Below, piece by piece: positions 1-10,453 of a stretch of 32,000 bases of DNA. The position numbers and the translations under genes are program-made. Numbering within the stretch: the first letter of the stretch is position 1; every line of letters begins with the position of its first letter. Under the pieces are notes generated by a model. The model made no database searches. It had not been told where the DNA came from and saw nothing but the letters and a program-made list of their open reading frames with translations. This stretch comes from Candidatus Karelsulcia muelleri PSPU (GTDB lineage: Bacteria > Bacteroidota > Bacteroidia > Flavobacteriales > Blattabacteriaceae): contig NZ_AP013293.1 in NCBI RefSeq assembly GCF_000829155.1, forward strand, positions 253,353-285,352, written 5' to 3'.

Positions 1-61
1 AGCTTCTCAAAAATTACCAGTAAAAACAAAATTTATAATTTCATATAATTTAAATATATAA
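1..61 (+). CDS. rplP: 50S ribosomal protein L16, C-terminal fragment (truncated by window edge)
   Basis: Frame from nt 2 reads ASQKLPVKTKFIISYNLNI*, matching the L16 C-terminus (LAxxKLPVKTKF); it lies upstream of rpsQ as in the S10 operon. Confidence 0.85.
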   Translation, partial: ASQKLPVKTKFIISYNLNI

Positions 62-66
62 AATAT

Positions 67-327
67 ATGCAAATATCGAAAAATAGTAAAAAAAAAATAG
101 GATTTGTTATAAGTAATAAAATGAAAAAAACAATAATTATATCTGAAATTAATAAAAGAAAACATCCTTATTATAAAAAATGTATTTTAAATACAAAAAA
201 ATATTATGTTCATGATGAACATAATATTTCAAATAAAGGTGATTTAGTTAAAATTATTGAAACTAGACCTTTAAGTAAAAAAAAATGTTGGAGATTATTA
301 AAAATCATAAAAAAGTCTAATTATTAA
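67..327 (+). CDS. rpsQ: 30S ribosomal protein S17
   Basis: 86 aa with S17 features (GFVISNKMKKTIIISE, HDEHNISNKGDLVKIIETRPLSKKKCWRLL); operon position. Confidence 0.95.
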   Translation: MQISKNSKKKIGFVISNKMKKTIIISEINKRKHPYYKKCILNTKKYYVHDEHNISNKGDLVKIIETRPLSKKKCWRLLKIIKKSNY

Positions 328-343
328 TAAAATATAATGTTAA

Positions 344-712
344 ATGTTACAACAAGAATCAATAATTAAAGTAGCAGATAATTCTGGAGCTAAAAAAGTT
401 TTATTAATAAGAGTTCTAGGAGGAACAAAAAAAAAATATGCTTATATAGGGGATAAAATAATAGTTTCTATAAAAGAAGCAATAGCAGGATCTAGTGTAA
501 AAAAAGGGCAAGTATATAAAGCTGTTGTCGTAAGAACAAGAAATAAAATAAGACGTAAAGATGGATCTTATATTAGTTTTGATGATAATGCTTGTGTATT
601 ATTAACTAATACAGGAGAAATTAAAGGTACACGTATTTTTGGACCAGTTTCTAGAGAATTAAGAGATAAAGAATATACTAAAATTATATCATTAGCTACA
701 GAAGTATTATGA
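344..712 (+). CDS. rplN: 50S ribosomal protein L14
   Basis: [27 protein letters not shown]...[13 protein letters not shown]; stop is TGA. Confidence 0.98.
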   Translation: MLQQESIIKVADNSGAKKVLLIRVLGGTKKKYAYIGDKIIVSIKEAIAGSSVKKGQVYKAVVVRTRNKIRRKDGSYISFDDNACVLLTNTGEIKGTRIFGPVSRELRDKEYTKIISLATEVL

Positions 713-954
713 AAATAAAAATAAAAAAAGGTGATTATGTTATGATTTTAACAGGTGAAAATAAAACAAAAAAAGGAATTATAAAAAAAATAATTCCTAA
801 ATTAAATAAAGCAATTGTAAATAATATAAATTTTATAAAAAAACATGTTAAACCAATAAATATAATAAGTAAAGGTAAAATTATTGAAAAAGAAGCCCCT
901 ATTCATATATCTAATCTTTATTTATTAAATAAAAATAAACTAAAAAACCAATGA
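709..954 (+). CDS. rplX: 50S ribosomal protein L24
   Basis: [24 protein letters not shown]... KOW motif; ATGA overlap with rplN; short 81 aa form. Confidence 0.92.
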   Translation: MKIKIKKGDYVMILTGENKTKKGIIKKIIPKLNKAIVNNINFIKKHVKPINIISKGKIIEKEAPIHISNLYLLNKNKLKNQ

Positions 955-1499
955 CTTATTGTCCAAGACCTAAATTTTTGTATAAAACAAAAATAATTAA
1001 TGAATTAATAAAAAAATTTAATTATAAATGTGTAATGCAAGTTCCAAAACTTACTAAAATAGTATTAAATCAAGGAATTAATATATCTGTTTTTGATAAA
1101 AAAACTAGAGCTAATGCTCTAAATAATATTAAAGCAATTACAGGTCAAAATGCTATTTATTGTTTATCCAAACGTGATGAATCTGGTTTTAAATTAAGAA
1201 AAGGAACTCCTATAAGTATTAAAGTAACTTTAAGAAGAAATATTATGTATGAATTTTTAGATAGATTAATTAACATAGCTCTACCTAGAGTTCGTGATTT
1301 TAAAGGAGTAAATAAAAAGAGTTTTGATGGAAAAGGAAATTATAATTTAGGAATTTTGGAACAAATGATATTTCCAGAAATAAGTTTTAATTATATAAAA
1401 ACCAATATTGGCATGAATATAACATTTGTTACTTCATCTAAAAATGATAAAGAAGCTAAATATTTATTACATTTATTCGGATTACCTTTTAAAAAATAA
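951..1499 (+). CDS. rplE: 50S ribosomal protein L5
   Basis: 182 aa: [17 protein letters not shown]...GITxYNLGI-type C-terminus; position. Confidence 0.97.
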   Translation: MTYCPRPKFLYKTKIINELIKKFNYKCVMQVPKLTKIVLNQGINISVFDKKTRANALNNIKAITGQNAIYCLSKRDESGFKLRKGTPISIKVTLRRNIMYEFLDRLINIALPRVRDFKGVNKKSFDGKGNYNLGILEQMIFPEISFNYIKTNIGMNITFVTSSKNDKEAKYLLHLFGLPFKK

Positions 1500-1503
1500 A
1501 AAT

Positions 1504-1773
1504 ATGTCGAAAGAATCTATAAAAGCAAGACAAAAAAAACGAAAAATAATGGTATTAAAATATTTAAAAAAACGTGAATTATTAAAATTCAATAAAGATT
1601 ATGAAGGTTTACAAAAATTACCCAGAAATTCTTCTCCAGTACGTTTACATAATTTATGTTCTTTAACTGGAAGATCAAAAGGGTATATGAGAAAATTTGG
1701 AATATCCCGTATTGAATTTAGACGTTTAGCATCTCAAGGGTTTATCCCAGGTGTTGTTAAAGCCAGTTGGTAA
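1504..1773 (+). CDS. rpsN: 30S ribosomal protein S14
   Basis: 89 aa from ATG at 1504: [16 protein letters not shown]...[39 protein letters not shown]. The tracked 1426 start overlaps rplE and is rejected. Confidence 0.96.
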   Translation: MSKESIKARQKKRKIMVLKYLKKRELLKFNKDYEGLQKLPRNSSPVRLHNLCSLTGRSKGYMRKFGISRIEFRRLASQGFIPGVVKASW

Positions 1774-1788
1774 CTAAATAATAATATT

Positions 1789-2190
1789 ATGATTACAGAT
1801 AAAATAGCTGATTGTTTAACTAGAATTAGAAACGGATATTTATCAAAAAATTTGATAATTGAAATTCCATTTTCAAATTTAAAAAAAGACATAATTAATA
1901 TTTTATATAATCAAGGTTTTATATCAAGTTATAAAATAATAAAAATAAATAAATTTAAATTAATTATAAAAGTAGCTATGAAATATAATAAATATACAGG
2001 TATATCTGTAATAAAATGTATAAAAAGAATTAGTAAACCTAGTTTAAGAAAATATTGTAATTCTAAAAATATACCTCGTGTACTTAATGGATTAGGAATT
2101 GCAATTATATCGACTTCTAAAGGTGTTATGACTGATAAAAAAGCACGGGAAAAAAAAATTGGAGGAGAAATAATATGTTATATTTATTAA
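1789..2190 (+). CDS. rpsH: 30S ribosomal protein S8
   Basis: [21 protein letters not shown]...[31 protein letters not shown]. Confidence 0.97.
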   Translation: MITDKIADCLTRIRNGYLSKNLIIEIPFSNLKKDIINILYNQGFISSYKIIKINKFKLIIKVAMKYNKYTGISVIKCIKRISKPSLRKYCNSKNIPRVLNGLGIAIISTSKGVMTDKKAREKKIGGEIICYIY

Positions 2191-2204
2191 AATATTAATT
2201 ATCT

Positions 2205-2753
2205 ATGTCTAGAATTGGTAATATACCTGTGTTAATACCTAATAATGTTTTTGTAAAAAAAAAAAAAAAAATTATTTATATAAATGGACCTTTAGGAGAA
2301 TTAAGTCAAAAAATTATAGGTGATATTAATATTAAAATTAATACTAATTATATTATTTTAAAACTAAAATATAATGATAAAAAAAATAGAGCTTTACATG
2401 GATTATATCGTATGTTGATTTTTAATATGATAAAAGGTGTATTAAATGGATTTAAAAAAAAATTAGAATTAATAGGTATAGGATTTAAAGCCAATAAAAA
2501 TGGACAAATTTTAGATTTAAATATAGGATATTCTCATAATATAATAATAAAATTACCTAAAGAAATAATTTTAGAAGTAAAAATGGAAAAAAATAAAAAT
2601 CCTAAGATAATTTTAAAATCTTATGATAAACAATTATTAGGAATAGTTGCCGCAAAAATAAGGTCTTTAAGAAAACCTGAACCCTATAAAGGAAAGGGAA
2701 TTCGTTATATAAATGAATATGTTAGAAACAAAATAGGCAAATCAGCGAAATAA
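2205..2753 (+). CDS. rplF: 50S ribosomal protein L6
   Basis: MSRIGNIPVLIP...GPLGELSQ...GIGFKA...RKPEPYKGKGIRYINEYVRNKIGKSAK; contains an in-frame A17 tract (2255-2271). Confidence 0.97.
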   Translation: MSRIGNIPVLIPNNVFVKKKKKIIYINGPLGELSQKIIGDINIKINTNYIILKLKYNDKKNRALHGLYRMLIFNMIKGVLNGFKKKLELIGIGFKANKNGQILDLNIGYSHNIIIKLPKEIILEVKMEKNKNPKIILKSYDKQLLGIVAAKIRSLRKPEPYKGKGIRYINEYVRNKIGKSAK

Positions 2754-2763
2754 ATTAATTATT

Positions 2764-3093
2764 ATGAATAAAAAAAGAAGAAAAGATAAAATTATAAATA
2801 AAATATTTGGTTTTTTAGAAAAACCTAGAATATCAATATTTCTAAGTAATAAGCATATATATGCTCAAGTTATAGATGATTATAAAGGGCATACTTTAAT
2901 TTATACATCTTCAAAAGAAATAAGATATAAATTAAAAAAAGAAAAAAAATCTTTTATTATAGGTCAAATATTAGGAAATATAGTAAATTCTTATGGAATT
3001 ACTAAAATAGTATTTGATAGAAATGGATATATCTATCATGGAAGAGTAAAAGCTTTAGCCGAAGGCTTAAGAAATGTAGGATTACAATTTTAA
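2764..3093 (+). CDS. rplR: 50S ribosomal protein L18
   Basis: RPRISIFLSNKHIYAQVIDDYKGHTLIYTSS...VFDRNGYIYHGRVKALAEGLRNVGLQF. Confidence 0.97.
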   Translation: MNKKRRKDKIINKIFGFLEKPRISIFLSNKHIYAQVIDDYKGHTLIYTSSKEIRYKLKKEKKSFIIGQILGNIVNSYGITKIVFDRNGYIYHGRVKALAEGLRNVGLQF

Positions 3094-3098
3094 TTGTT

Positions 3099-3611
3099 AT
3101 GAAAAAAAAAAAAAAAAAAATAAAAACTTTAGAATTAAAAGAAAAATTAGTTATGATTAATAGAGTTTGTAAAGTAACTAAAGGTAGAAGATATTTTAGT
3201 TTTACAGCTTTAGTAATAAAAGGAGATAGAAATGGAGTTGTAGGTTATGGTTTTGGAAAAGCAAAAGAAGCACCAGATGCAATATATAAAGCAGGTGAAA
3301 AAGCAAAAAAAAAATTATTAAAAATAAATATTATTAAAGGAGGTACAATACCTCATGAACAAGAAGCCAAACATGGGGGGGCTCGTGTGTTTATTTGTCC
3401 GGCCTCAGAAGGAACTGGGATAATTGCTGGTGGTGCGGTAAGATCTGTTTTAGAAGCTGTTGGCTTAAAAAATGTATTATCTAAATCAAAAGGATCTTCT
3501 AATAAACATAATTGTATAAAAGCTACAATTTTAGCTTTATCTAAAATAAGAACTGTCAATACTATAGCTCTAGAAAGAGGAATATCTATAAAAAAAATAT
3601 TAAAAGGATAA
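3099..3611 (+). CDS. rpsE: 30S ribosomal protein S5
   Basis: LVMINRVCKVTKGRRYFSFTALVIKGDRNGVVGYGFGKAKEAPDAIYKAGEKAKK...GTIPHE; start ATG followed by A19 (3102-3120). Confidence 0.98.
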   Translation: MKKKKKKIKTLELKEKLVMINRVCKVTKGRRYFSFTALVIKGDRNGVVGYGFGKAKEAPDAIYKAGEKAKKKLLKINIIKGGTIPHEQEAKHGGARVFICPASEGTGIIAGGAVRSVLEAVGLKNVLSKSKGSSNKHNCIKATILALSKIRTVNTIALERGISIKKILKG

Positions 3612-3662
3612 AATTTGTTACAGTATATAACATTTATTATTAATAAAAATAAATTTAAATAA

Positions 3663-4112
3663 ATGATATTAAATAATTTAAATCCTAAATATGGTTCTGT
3701 AAAAAAAAACAAAAGATTAGGTAGAGGTCAAGGATCTGGAAAGGGGGGAACATGTACTAAAGGACATAAAGGAGCAAAAGCTCGTTCAGGAAATTTCAAA
3801 AAAATAGGTTTTGAAGGTGGTCAAATGCCTTTACAAAGAAGAATACCCAAATTTGGATTTAAAAAAAAAAATAAAACAAAATATTTTTTATTAAATTTAG
3901 ATACATTACAATATTTAATAAAGATTGGAACTATTACTAAAATAGTAAATAAAGAAATTTTATTAAAAAAAGGAATTTTAAATAAAAAAAAATTATTAAA
4001 AATTTTAGGTAGAGGAAAATTAAAATCTAAAATAGATATTACTGCTAATAAATTTAGTAAAACAGCATATGATGAAATTAAAAAGATGGGTGGAAAAATA
4101 ATATTATCATAA
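3663..4112 (+). CDS. rplO: 50S ribosomal protein L15
   Basis: [27 protein letters not shown]...[17 protein letters not shown]. Confidence 0.97.
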   Translation: MILNNLNPKYGSVKKNKRLGRGQGSGKGGTCTKGHKGAKARSGNFKKIGFEGGQMPLQRRIPKFGFKKKNKTKYFLLNLDTLQYLIKIGTITKIVNKEILLKKGILNKKKLLKILGRGKLKSKIDITANKFSKTAYDEIKKMGGKIILS

Positions 4113-4114
4113 TT

Positions 4115-5422
4115 ATGAAATTTTTTTTTAGAAGATTAAAAAAAAAAAAAATATATAATACATTATTAATTATATTAATATATCGTTTGGGATCTTTTAT
4201 TACTTTACCTTTTATAAATAAAATTTATAAAAATGATGTTTTATTAAAAACAAATAATAGTTATAAAGTATTCATTAATATGTTAACTTCTTTAACAGGA
4301 GGTGCATGTAATAGAGCATCTATTTTTGCTTTAGGAATAACGCCTTATATATCAGCCTCAATATTTACACAATTAATGTGTTATATTTTTCCTTTTTTTT
4401 ATAAAATTCAACAAGATGGGGAAATAGGTAAAAAAAAATTAAATACTATTACTAGTATAGTAACTATAATAATATCCTTAATACAAGCACCTTTATATAT
4501 TTTAATACTTATTGAAAATAATCTTAAAGACAAGCCAGATTATTTGAATTTTATTTCAATTTATGGAAAAAATTTATTTTTGATTACATCAATAATATGT
4601 CTAACTACAGGAACATTTTTTACAATGTGGTTAGGAAAACAAATTAATAAAAAAGGAATAGGAAATGGAAATTCATTAATAATAATAAGTGGAATATTAT
4701 CTCGTTTTATAAATTCTCTGATATGTGAAATATTAAATCGTCTAAAATATAATTATTTTTCAGGTAGTTTAATATTATTATTTGAATTTTTTATTTGGGG
4801 TTTAATTATTGGTTTTTCTATAATTATAATTAATTTTGTTAAAAAAATATATATACATTATATAAATAATTTTTCTTTTAAAGAAAAAAATATAGAAGAA
4901 CTTTCTTTAAAAGATGATATTCAATATATTCCTTTAAAAGTCGTTTATTCAGGAGTTATGCCTATAATATTTTCACAAGGAATTTTATTTATAATAATAT
5001 TATTATTAAATAATATTAATATTAAAAGTGTTGTAATTGATAAAATTAAAAATATATATGGGTTATGGTATAATTTATTATATAGTATATTAATAATAAT
5101 TATTACGTATTTTTATACATTTTTATCTATTCCTGTTAATAAAATTTCAGATGATTTAAAACTCAATGGAGTTTATATTCCATCTATAAAACCAGGAAAA
5201 GAAACTTATATTTATTTAAAAAAAATTTTATTACAAATATCTTTTTTAGGATCAATATTATTAGCTATAATAGCTATATTACCGTCAATATTTCTATCTC
5301 TAGGAGGAGATAAAAATTTTTCTTTATTTTTTGGGGGAACTTCATTAATAATTCTAGTAGGAGTCTTATTAGAAATAAAAAAAACTGTAAATAGTAATTT
5401 ATTAAATTATAATAAATTTTAA
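4115..5422 (+). CDS. secY: Protein translocase subunit SecY
   Basis: 435 aa polytopic protein: ITPYISASIFTQL, GIGNGNSLIIISGI, PLKVVYSGVMPIIFSQ, GGTSLIILVGVLLE. Confidence 0.96.
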   Translation: MKFFFRRLKKKKIYNTLLIILIYRLGSFITLPFINKIYKNDVLLKTNNSYKVFINMLTSLTGGACNRASIFALGITPYISASIFTQLMCYIFPFFYKIQQDGEIGKKKLNTITSIVTIIISLIQAPLYILILIENNLKDKPDYLNFISIYGKNLFLITSIICLTTGTFFTMWLGKQINKKGIGNGNSLIIISGILSRFINSLICEILNRLKYNYFSGSLILLFEFFIWGLIIGFSIIIINFVKKIYIHYINNFSFKEKNIEELSLKDDIQYIPLKVVYSGVMPIIFSQGILFIIILLLNNINIKSVVIDKIKNIYGLWYNLLYSILIIIITYFYTFLSIPVNKISDDLKLNGVYIPSIKPGKETYIYLKKILLQISFLGSILLAIIAILPSIFLSLGGDKNFSLFFGGTSLIILVGVLLEIKKTVNSNLLNYNKF

Positions 5423-5435
5423 TTAATTAAAAATT

Positions 5436-5651
5436 ATGGCCAAAGAACAACAGATTGAAGTAGATGGAATAGTTTTAAATGCATTACCTAATGCAATGTT
5501 TAAAGTAGAATTAGAAAATAAATGTATTGTAACTTGTCATATTACAGGTAAAATGCGAATGAATTATATTAAAATTTTACAAGGTGATAAAGTTCGTTTA
5601 CAAATGTCTTCTTACGATTTAAGTAAAGCTAGAATAATATATAGATATTAA
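5436..5651 (+). CDS. infA: Translation initiation factor IF-1
   Basis: [53 protein letters not shown]; 71 aa. Confidence 0.97.
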   Translation: MAKEQQIEVDGIVLNALPNAMFKVELENKCIVTCHITGKMRMNYIKILQGDKVRLQMSSYDLSKARIIYRY

Positions 5652-5707
5652 AATTTTATAATTTAAATAATTATATATATTTATATTATAATTTAAATAT
5701 TAATTTT

Positions 5708-5824
5708 ATGAAAAAGGTAACATCTATAAAAAAAAGAAGTGAAAATTGTAAATTTGTTAAGCGTAAAGGTCGTTTAAGAATTATTAATAAATTAAATCCT
5801 AAATTTAAACAAAAACAAGGTTAA
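5708..5824 (+). CDS. rpmJ: 50S ribosomal protein L36 (38 aa, not in the supplied ORF track)
   Basis: Read directly: [38 protein letters not shown]; lies between infA and rpsM; its TAA overlaps the rpsM ATG (TAATG). Confidence 0.97.
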   Translation: MKKVTSIKKRSENCKFVKRKGRLRIINKLNPKFKQKQG

Positions 5825-6204
5825 TGGCTATAATTTCAGGAATAGATATTCCAAATAATAAAAGAGGATTAATAGCTCTTACTTATATATTTGGAATAGG
5901 TCTTAGTACATCTAAAAAAATATTTAAAAATACAGGTATTGATGAAAATTTGAAAGTTTCAAACTGGTCAGATGATAATCTAAATAAAATAAGAAAATAT
6001 ATATCTTCTAATCTAAAAATAGAAGGAGAATTAAAGTTTGAAATACAATTAGATATAAAAAGAATGATTGAAATTGGATGTTATAGAGGAATACGTCATA
6101 GAATAGGATTACCTGTTAGAGGTCAAAAAACTAAAAATAATTGTAGAACAAGGAAAGGTAAAAAAAAAACAGTTGCAAATAAAAAAAAAAAAATTAAATC
6201 ATAA
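5824..6204 (+). CDS. rpsM: 30S ribosomal protein S13
   Basis: [26 protein letters not shown]...[30 protein letters not shown]. Confidence 0.98.
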   Translation: MAIISGIDIPNNKRGLIALTYIFGIGLSTSKKIFKNTGIDENLKVSNWSDDNLNKIRKYISSNLKIEGELKFEIQLDIKRMIEIGCYRGIRHRIGLPVRGQKTKNNCRTRKGKKKTVANKKKKIKS

Positions 6205-6218
6205 TTAATTTAAAAAAA

Positions 6219-6581
6219 ATGGATAAAAAAAAAAATTCAGTTATAGGAGAAGTTCATATAAAATCAACATTTAATAATATTATAATAACATTAACAAATA
6301 AAAAAGGAGATGTTATTGCCTGGTCTTCAGCAGGAAAAATGGGATTTAAAGGTTCTAAAAAAAATACCCCATATGCTGCTCAAGTAGCTGCAGAAGATGT
6401 TGCTGAAAAAGGATTTAATGCTGGAATAAAAAAATTAGAGGTAATAATAAAGGGGCCAGGTGCTGGAAGAGATGCGGCTATTCGTGCATTAGTAAATAAA
6501 AATTTTAATATATTAGTAATAAAAGATATTACCCCTATTCCTCATAATGGGTGTAGACCTCCTAAAAAAAGAAGAATTTAA
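6219..6581 (+). CDS. rpsK: 30S ribosomal protein S11
   Basis: [46 protein letters not shown]...[18 protein letters not shown]. Confidence 0.98.
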   Translation: MDKKKNSVIGEVHIKSTFNNIIITLTNKKGDVIAWSSAGKMGFKGSKKNTPYAAQVAAEDVAEKGFNAGIKKLEVIIKGPGAGRDAAIRALVNKNFNILVIKDITPIPHNGCRPPKKRRI

Positions 6582-6593
6582 ACAAAATAATAA

Positions 6594-7208
6594 ATGGCAA
6601 AATATATAGGACCAAAAACTAAAATTTCCCGTAAATTTGGAGAATTAATATATGGTAATTACAATAAAAGTTTTGAAAAAAAAAAATATCCACCTGGTCA
6701 ACATGGAAATAATAGTCGTAGAAATATAAAAAAATCATTTTATTCTATTCAATTATTAGAAAAACAAAAAGTTAAATATACTTATGGAATTTTAGAAAGA
6801 CAATTTAGAAAAATGTTTTATAAAGCTTCAAAAAAAAAAGGAATTAAAGGTGAAATACTTTTACAATTATGTGAATCTAGATTAGATAATATTGTTTATA
6901 GATTAAAATTATCACATTCTAGACCTGAAGCAAGACAATTAGTATCACATCGTCATATTACTGTTAATGGAAAAATTGTAAATATTCCTTCTTATAATTT
7001 AAAACCAGGAGATAAGATTTCTTTAAAAGAAAAATCTAAAAAACATAAAGCCATTATCTATGATTCTAATAGATTATTAGGCTCTCTAAAAAAATGGTTA
7101 AGTTGGGATAATAAGAAAATGATAGGTATCTTTAAATCAATTCCAAAAAGAAAACAAATTCCTGAAAAGATTAATGAAAACTTAATAGTAGAATTATATT
7201 CTAAATAA
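6594..7208 (+). CDS. rpsD: 30S ribosomal protein S4
   Basis: [17 protein letters not shown]...YPPGQHG...[12 protein letters not shown]...[29 protein letters not shown]. Confidence 0.98.
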   Translation: MAKYIGPKTKISRKFGELIYGNYNKSFEKKKYPPGQHGNNSRRNIKKSFYSIQLLEKQKVKYTYGILERQFRKMFYKASKKKGIKGEILLQLCESRLDNIVYRLKLSHSRPEARQLVSHRHITVNGKIVNIPSYNLKPGDKISLKEKSKKHKAIIYDSNRLLGSLKKWLSWDNKKMIGIFKSIPKRKQIPEKINENLIVELYSK

Positions 7209-7220
7209 AATTAATTATAT

Positions 7221-8222
7221 ATGTTTTTTTCAAGTTTTACAAAAAATAAAAATTTAATAATATTAAAATTAACTCCTGAAGAAGGGTCTTTTAAAATAGA
7301 ACCATTATATCCTGGATGGGGGTTAACAATTGGAAATTCACTTAGAAGAGTACTTTTATCTTCTTTAGAAGGATATGCTATATCATCAGTTAAAATTGAA
7401 GGAGTAAATAATGAATATTCGACAATAAAAGGGGTAATAGAAGATATGACCGAGATTATTTTAAATCTTAAAAAGATACGTTTTAAAAAAAAAATAGAAG
7501 ATGAAGATTTCGAATCAGCAGAATTTAATATTATTATTAATAATAATAAAAAAGAAATAACTGCTGGTGATTTAGGTGAATTTATTAATTTATTTGAAAT
7601 TATAAATCCTTATTTAATTATTTTAAATAAAGAAAAATTAATTTCTTTAAAGATTACTCTTGTAATAAAAAGAGGGATAGGTTATATTCCTTCAGAAAAA
7701 AATCAAGATATGCCTAATATAATAGGAACAATTCCAATTGATACTATATTTACTCCTATAAAAAAAGTTAAATATAAAATCGATAATTGTAGTATCAATA
7801 CAAATCCATTTTATGAAAGTCTTATTTTAAAAATAAAAACTGATGGGTCTATAAATCCTCGAAAAGCATTAACTAGAGCTTCTAATCTATTAATAAGACA
7901 TTTTCAATGTCTGTCAAATGAAAAAATATTATTAGAATATAAAAAACCAAAGAAAAGAAATAAATATGATAAAAAAATTTTAAAAATGCGGAAACTTTTA
8001 AAATCTTCATTAGAAGAAGAAATAGATTATTTATCTGTAAGAACTTTAAATTGTTTAAAATCTGCTAAAATCTTTACATGGGGAGATTTAGTTAAATATA
8101 ATAAATCGGATTTATTGAAATTAAAAAATTTTGGAAGAAAATCTTTATCTGAATTAGATAAAAGAATGAAAAAATTAAATATATATTCTGGCATGGATAT
8201 TTCTATATATAAATTAAATTAA
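7221..8222 (+). CDS. rpoA: DNA-directed RNA polymerase subunit alpha
   Basis: 333 aa; [28 protein letters not shown]; alpha-CTD ([23 protein letters not shown]...[15 protein letters not shown]) retained. Confidence 0.98.
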   Translation: MFFSSFTKNKNLIILKLTPEEGSFKIEPLYPGWGLTIGNSLRRVLLSSLEGYAISSVKIEGVNNEYSTIKGVIEDMTEIILNLKKIRFKKKIEDEDFESAEFNIIINNNKKEITAGDLGEFINLFEIINPYLIILNKEKLISLKITLVIKRGIGYIPSEKNQDMPNIIGTIPIDTIFTPIKKVKYKIDNCSINTNPFYESLILKIKTDGSINPRKALTRASNLLIRHFQCLSNEKILLEYKKPKKRNKYDKKILKMRKLLKSSLEEEIDYLSVRTLNCLKSAKIFTWGDLVKYNKSDLLKLKNFGRKSLSELDKRMKKLNIYSGMDISIYKLN

Positions 8223-8224
8223 AT

Positions 8225-8599
8225 ATGAGACATAGAAAAAAAAATAATAATTTAGGAGTAATTAGTTCACATCGTAAATCAATGTTATCGAATATGGCTT
8301 CTTCTCTTATAAAGAGAAAGAGAATTATGACTACTTTAGCAAAAGCTAAAGCATTAAGAAAATATATTGAACCTTTACTTACGAAAAGTAAAAAAAATAC
8401 AATTCATTCTAGACGAAGAATATTTAAATATTTGAATGATAAGCAATCTGTTTTAGAACTTTTTTATAAGATATCATCAAAAATATATAATCGTCCTGGA
8501 GGTTATACAAGAATTATAAAAACGGGATTTCGTGTAGGTGATTCTTCAGAAACTGCAATGATTGAATTAGTTGATTATAATAATCAATATAAAAAATAA
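8225..8599 (+). CDS. rplQ: 50S ribosomal protein L17
   Basis: [53 protein letters not shown]...[15 protein letters not shown]. Confidence 0.97.
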   Translation: MRHRKKNNNLGVISSHRKSMLSNMASSLIKRKRIMTTLAKAKALRKYIEPLLTKSKKNTIHSRRRIFKYLNDKQSVLELFYKISSKIYNRPGGYTRIIKTGFRVGDSSETAMIELVDYNNQYKK

Positions 8600-8725
8600 T
8601 AATATGTTGTAAAAGTTTATTCTTTATTTGTGACTAATGTTGATATTATCCAAAAATAAATAAATTTCTAATTATATTCTTTTATATCGTATTTAATAAT
8701 CTTTAGGTAAGAAAAAAAAATAGTA

Positions 8726-9502
8726 TTATATATTTATAATTCCTTTATAAACAAAGTGAACTTCTCCCTTTAAAAAAATATTTTTATAATATTTAAGTAA
8801 TTTTTCAAACTTAACTTGTAAAGTACCTCCTAGGGTTTTTACTATAATTTTATTATATAATATTTTTTTAATATGATAAGCTGCAATGGCAGAAGCTGTA
8901 ACTCCTGTTCCACAGGAAAAAGTTTCATTTTCTACTCCACGTTCATAAGTTCTAACATATAAAATATTGTTCTTAATTTTAACAAAGTTAACATTTACTC
9001 CTGTTTTTCTATATTTTTTATTAAATCTAATTTTTTTACCTTCCTTATATACATTTATATTATTTATTTTATCTTTAAAAAGAATATGATGTGGGGATCC
9101 TGTATTTAGATATATATGTTCTGGATAAACTTTCACAAGTTCAACATTTTTCATATTTAATGAAACAATATTTTTTTTTATTGATGCAGAATGATATCCA
9201 TCTATTGATTTAAATAATGTATTAGTCTTATTTATAATTCCTATTTTTTTTGCAAAATGAACAGAACATCTTCCTCCATTTCCACACATACTTCCTTCTT
9301 TTCCATCAGAATTATAGTATTTCATATAAAAATCATATTTTTTATTTTTTTCAATTAAAATTAGACCATCAGCCCCAATTCCTAAATTTCTATTGCACAT
9401 ATTTTTAATTATTTTTTTATTTAAAAAAAATGATTTTTCAATATTATTAATTATAATAAAATCATTTCCTGTTGCTTGATATTTAAAAAAAATAATTTTC
9501 AT
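8726..9502 (-). CDS. dapF: Diaminopimelate epimerase
   Basis: Start set at MKIIFFKYQATGNDF (9502). Both catalytic-Cys motifs present (SMCGNGGRC; ETFSCGTGVTASA). The tracked 9559 start overlaps rsmH. Confidence 0.95.
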   Translation of the reverse strand: MKIIFFKYQATGNDFIIINNIEKSFFLNKKIIKNMCNRNLGIGADGLILIEKNKKYDFYMKYYNSDGKEGSMCGNGGRCSVHFAKKIGIINKTNTLFKSIDGYHSASIKKNIVSLNMKNVELVKVYPEHIYLNTGSPHHILFKDKINNINVYKEGKKIRFNKKYRKTGVNVNFVKIKNNILYVRTYERGVENETFSCGTGVTASAIAAYHIKKILYNKIIVKTLGGTLQVKFEKLLKYYKNIFLKGEVHFVYKGIINI

Positions 9503-9544
9503 AAATTTTTTTAAAAAAAATTTTACATATAAATGTATAAAAAA

Positions 9545-10453
9545 ATGTATGAATATCATAATCCTGTTTTATTGGATGAGACCTTGACTCTCTTAGTTAA
9601 AGAAATTGATGGAATTTATATAGATACAACTTTTGGTGGGGGGGGACATTCTTTTTCATTATTAAAAAAATTAAATAATAAAGGGAGGCTAATTGCTTTT
9701 GATCAAGATATATATTCTATAAAAAAAAATAATATAATTGATACAAGATTTAATCTTGTGAAAACCAATTATATATTTATAAAAAAAATATTAAAAATAT
9801 ATAATCTTAATAAAGTCTCTGGTATATTAGCTGATTTAGGAATTTCTTCTCATCAAATAAATACTCCAAAAAGAGGATTTTCAATTAGATCTAATAGTAT
9901 TTTAGATATGAGGATGGATACTTTTAATAAAATTAATGCAAAATATATAATAAATAATTATTCATATAATGAATTATATAATATATTTAAAATATATGGA
10001 GATATAAAAAATTATAAATTTTTAGCAAAATTAATTCTAAAACAAAGAAAAAAAAAATATATAAAATATACATTTGATTTAATTAATATATTAAAAGTTT
10101 TTTTTAAAAAAAAACTAGAAAATAAATTTTTATCAAAGATCTTTCAATCTTTACGAATAGAAGTAAATAATGAAATCAATGCATTAAAATATTTATTAAA
10201 TAATTCTTTATCTATATTAAAACCTGGAGGTAGAATTGCTGTTATATCTTATAATTCTATAGAAGATAGAATTGTTAAAAAATTTTTAAAAACTGGAAAT
10301 TTTAATGGAGTTGTTTCATATGATGGATATGGTAATAATATATCACCTTTAATTCTTTTAAAACCTAAAATAATTTTTTCTTCTAAAGAAGAAATTAAAA
10401 AAAATAATAGATCAAGAAGTGCTATATTAAGAATAGCAGAAAAAAAACTATAA
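9545..10453 (+). CDS. rsmH: 16S rRNA (cytosine(1402)-N(4))-methyltransferase RsmH
   Basis: MYEYHNPVLLDETL...DTTFGGGGHS...GILADLGISSHQI...LRIEVNNEINAL..LL..L..LKPGGRIAVISYNSIEDRIVKKF. An in-frame ATG at 9533 is also possible. Confidence 0.95.
   Translation: MYEYHNPVLLDETLTLLVKEIDGIYIDTTFGGGGHSFSLLKKLNNKGRLIAFDQDIYSIKKNNIIDTRFNLVKTNYIFIKKILKIYNLNKVSGILADLGISSHQINTPKRGFSIRSNSILDMRMDTFNKINAKYIINNYSYNELYNIFKIYGDIKNYKFLAKLILKQRKKKYIKYTFDLINILKVFFKKKLENKFLSKIFQSLRIEVNNEINALKYLLNNSLSILKPGGRIAVISYNSIEDRIVKKFLKTGNFNGVVSYDGYGNNISPLILLKPKIIFSSKEEIKKNNRSRSAILRIAEKKL

Noticed and set aside
1426-1503. Extended rpsN start inside rplE
   Set aside because: S14 is full length (89 aa) from ATG 1504; the upstream part is out-of-frame rplE sequence.
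3353-3712. 119-aa minus-strand ORF antisense to rpsE
   Set aside because: Lies almost entirely opposite the strongly conserved S5 gene and extends into rplO; no recognisable domain. A shadow ORF.
9503-9559. N-terminal extension of dapF overlapping rsmH
   Set aside because: DapF homology begins at MKIIFFKYQATGNDF; the extension overlaps the divergent rsmH start.
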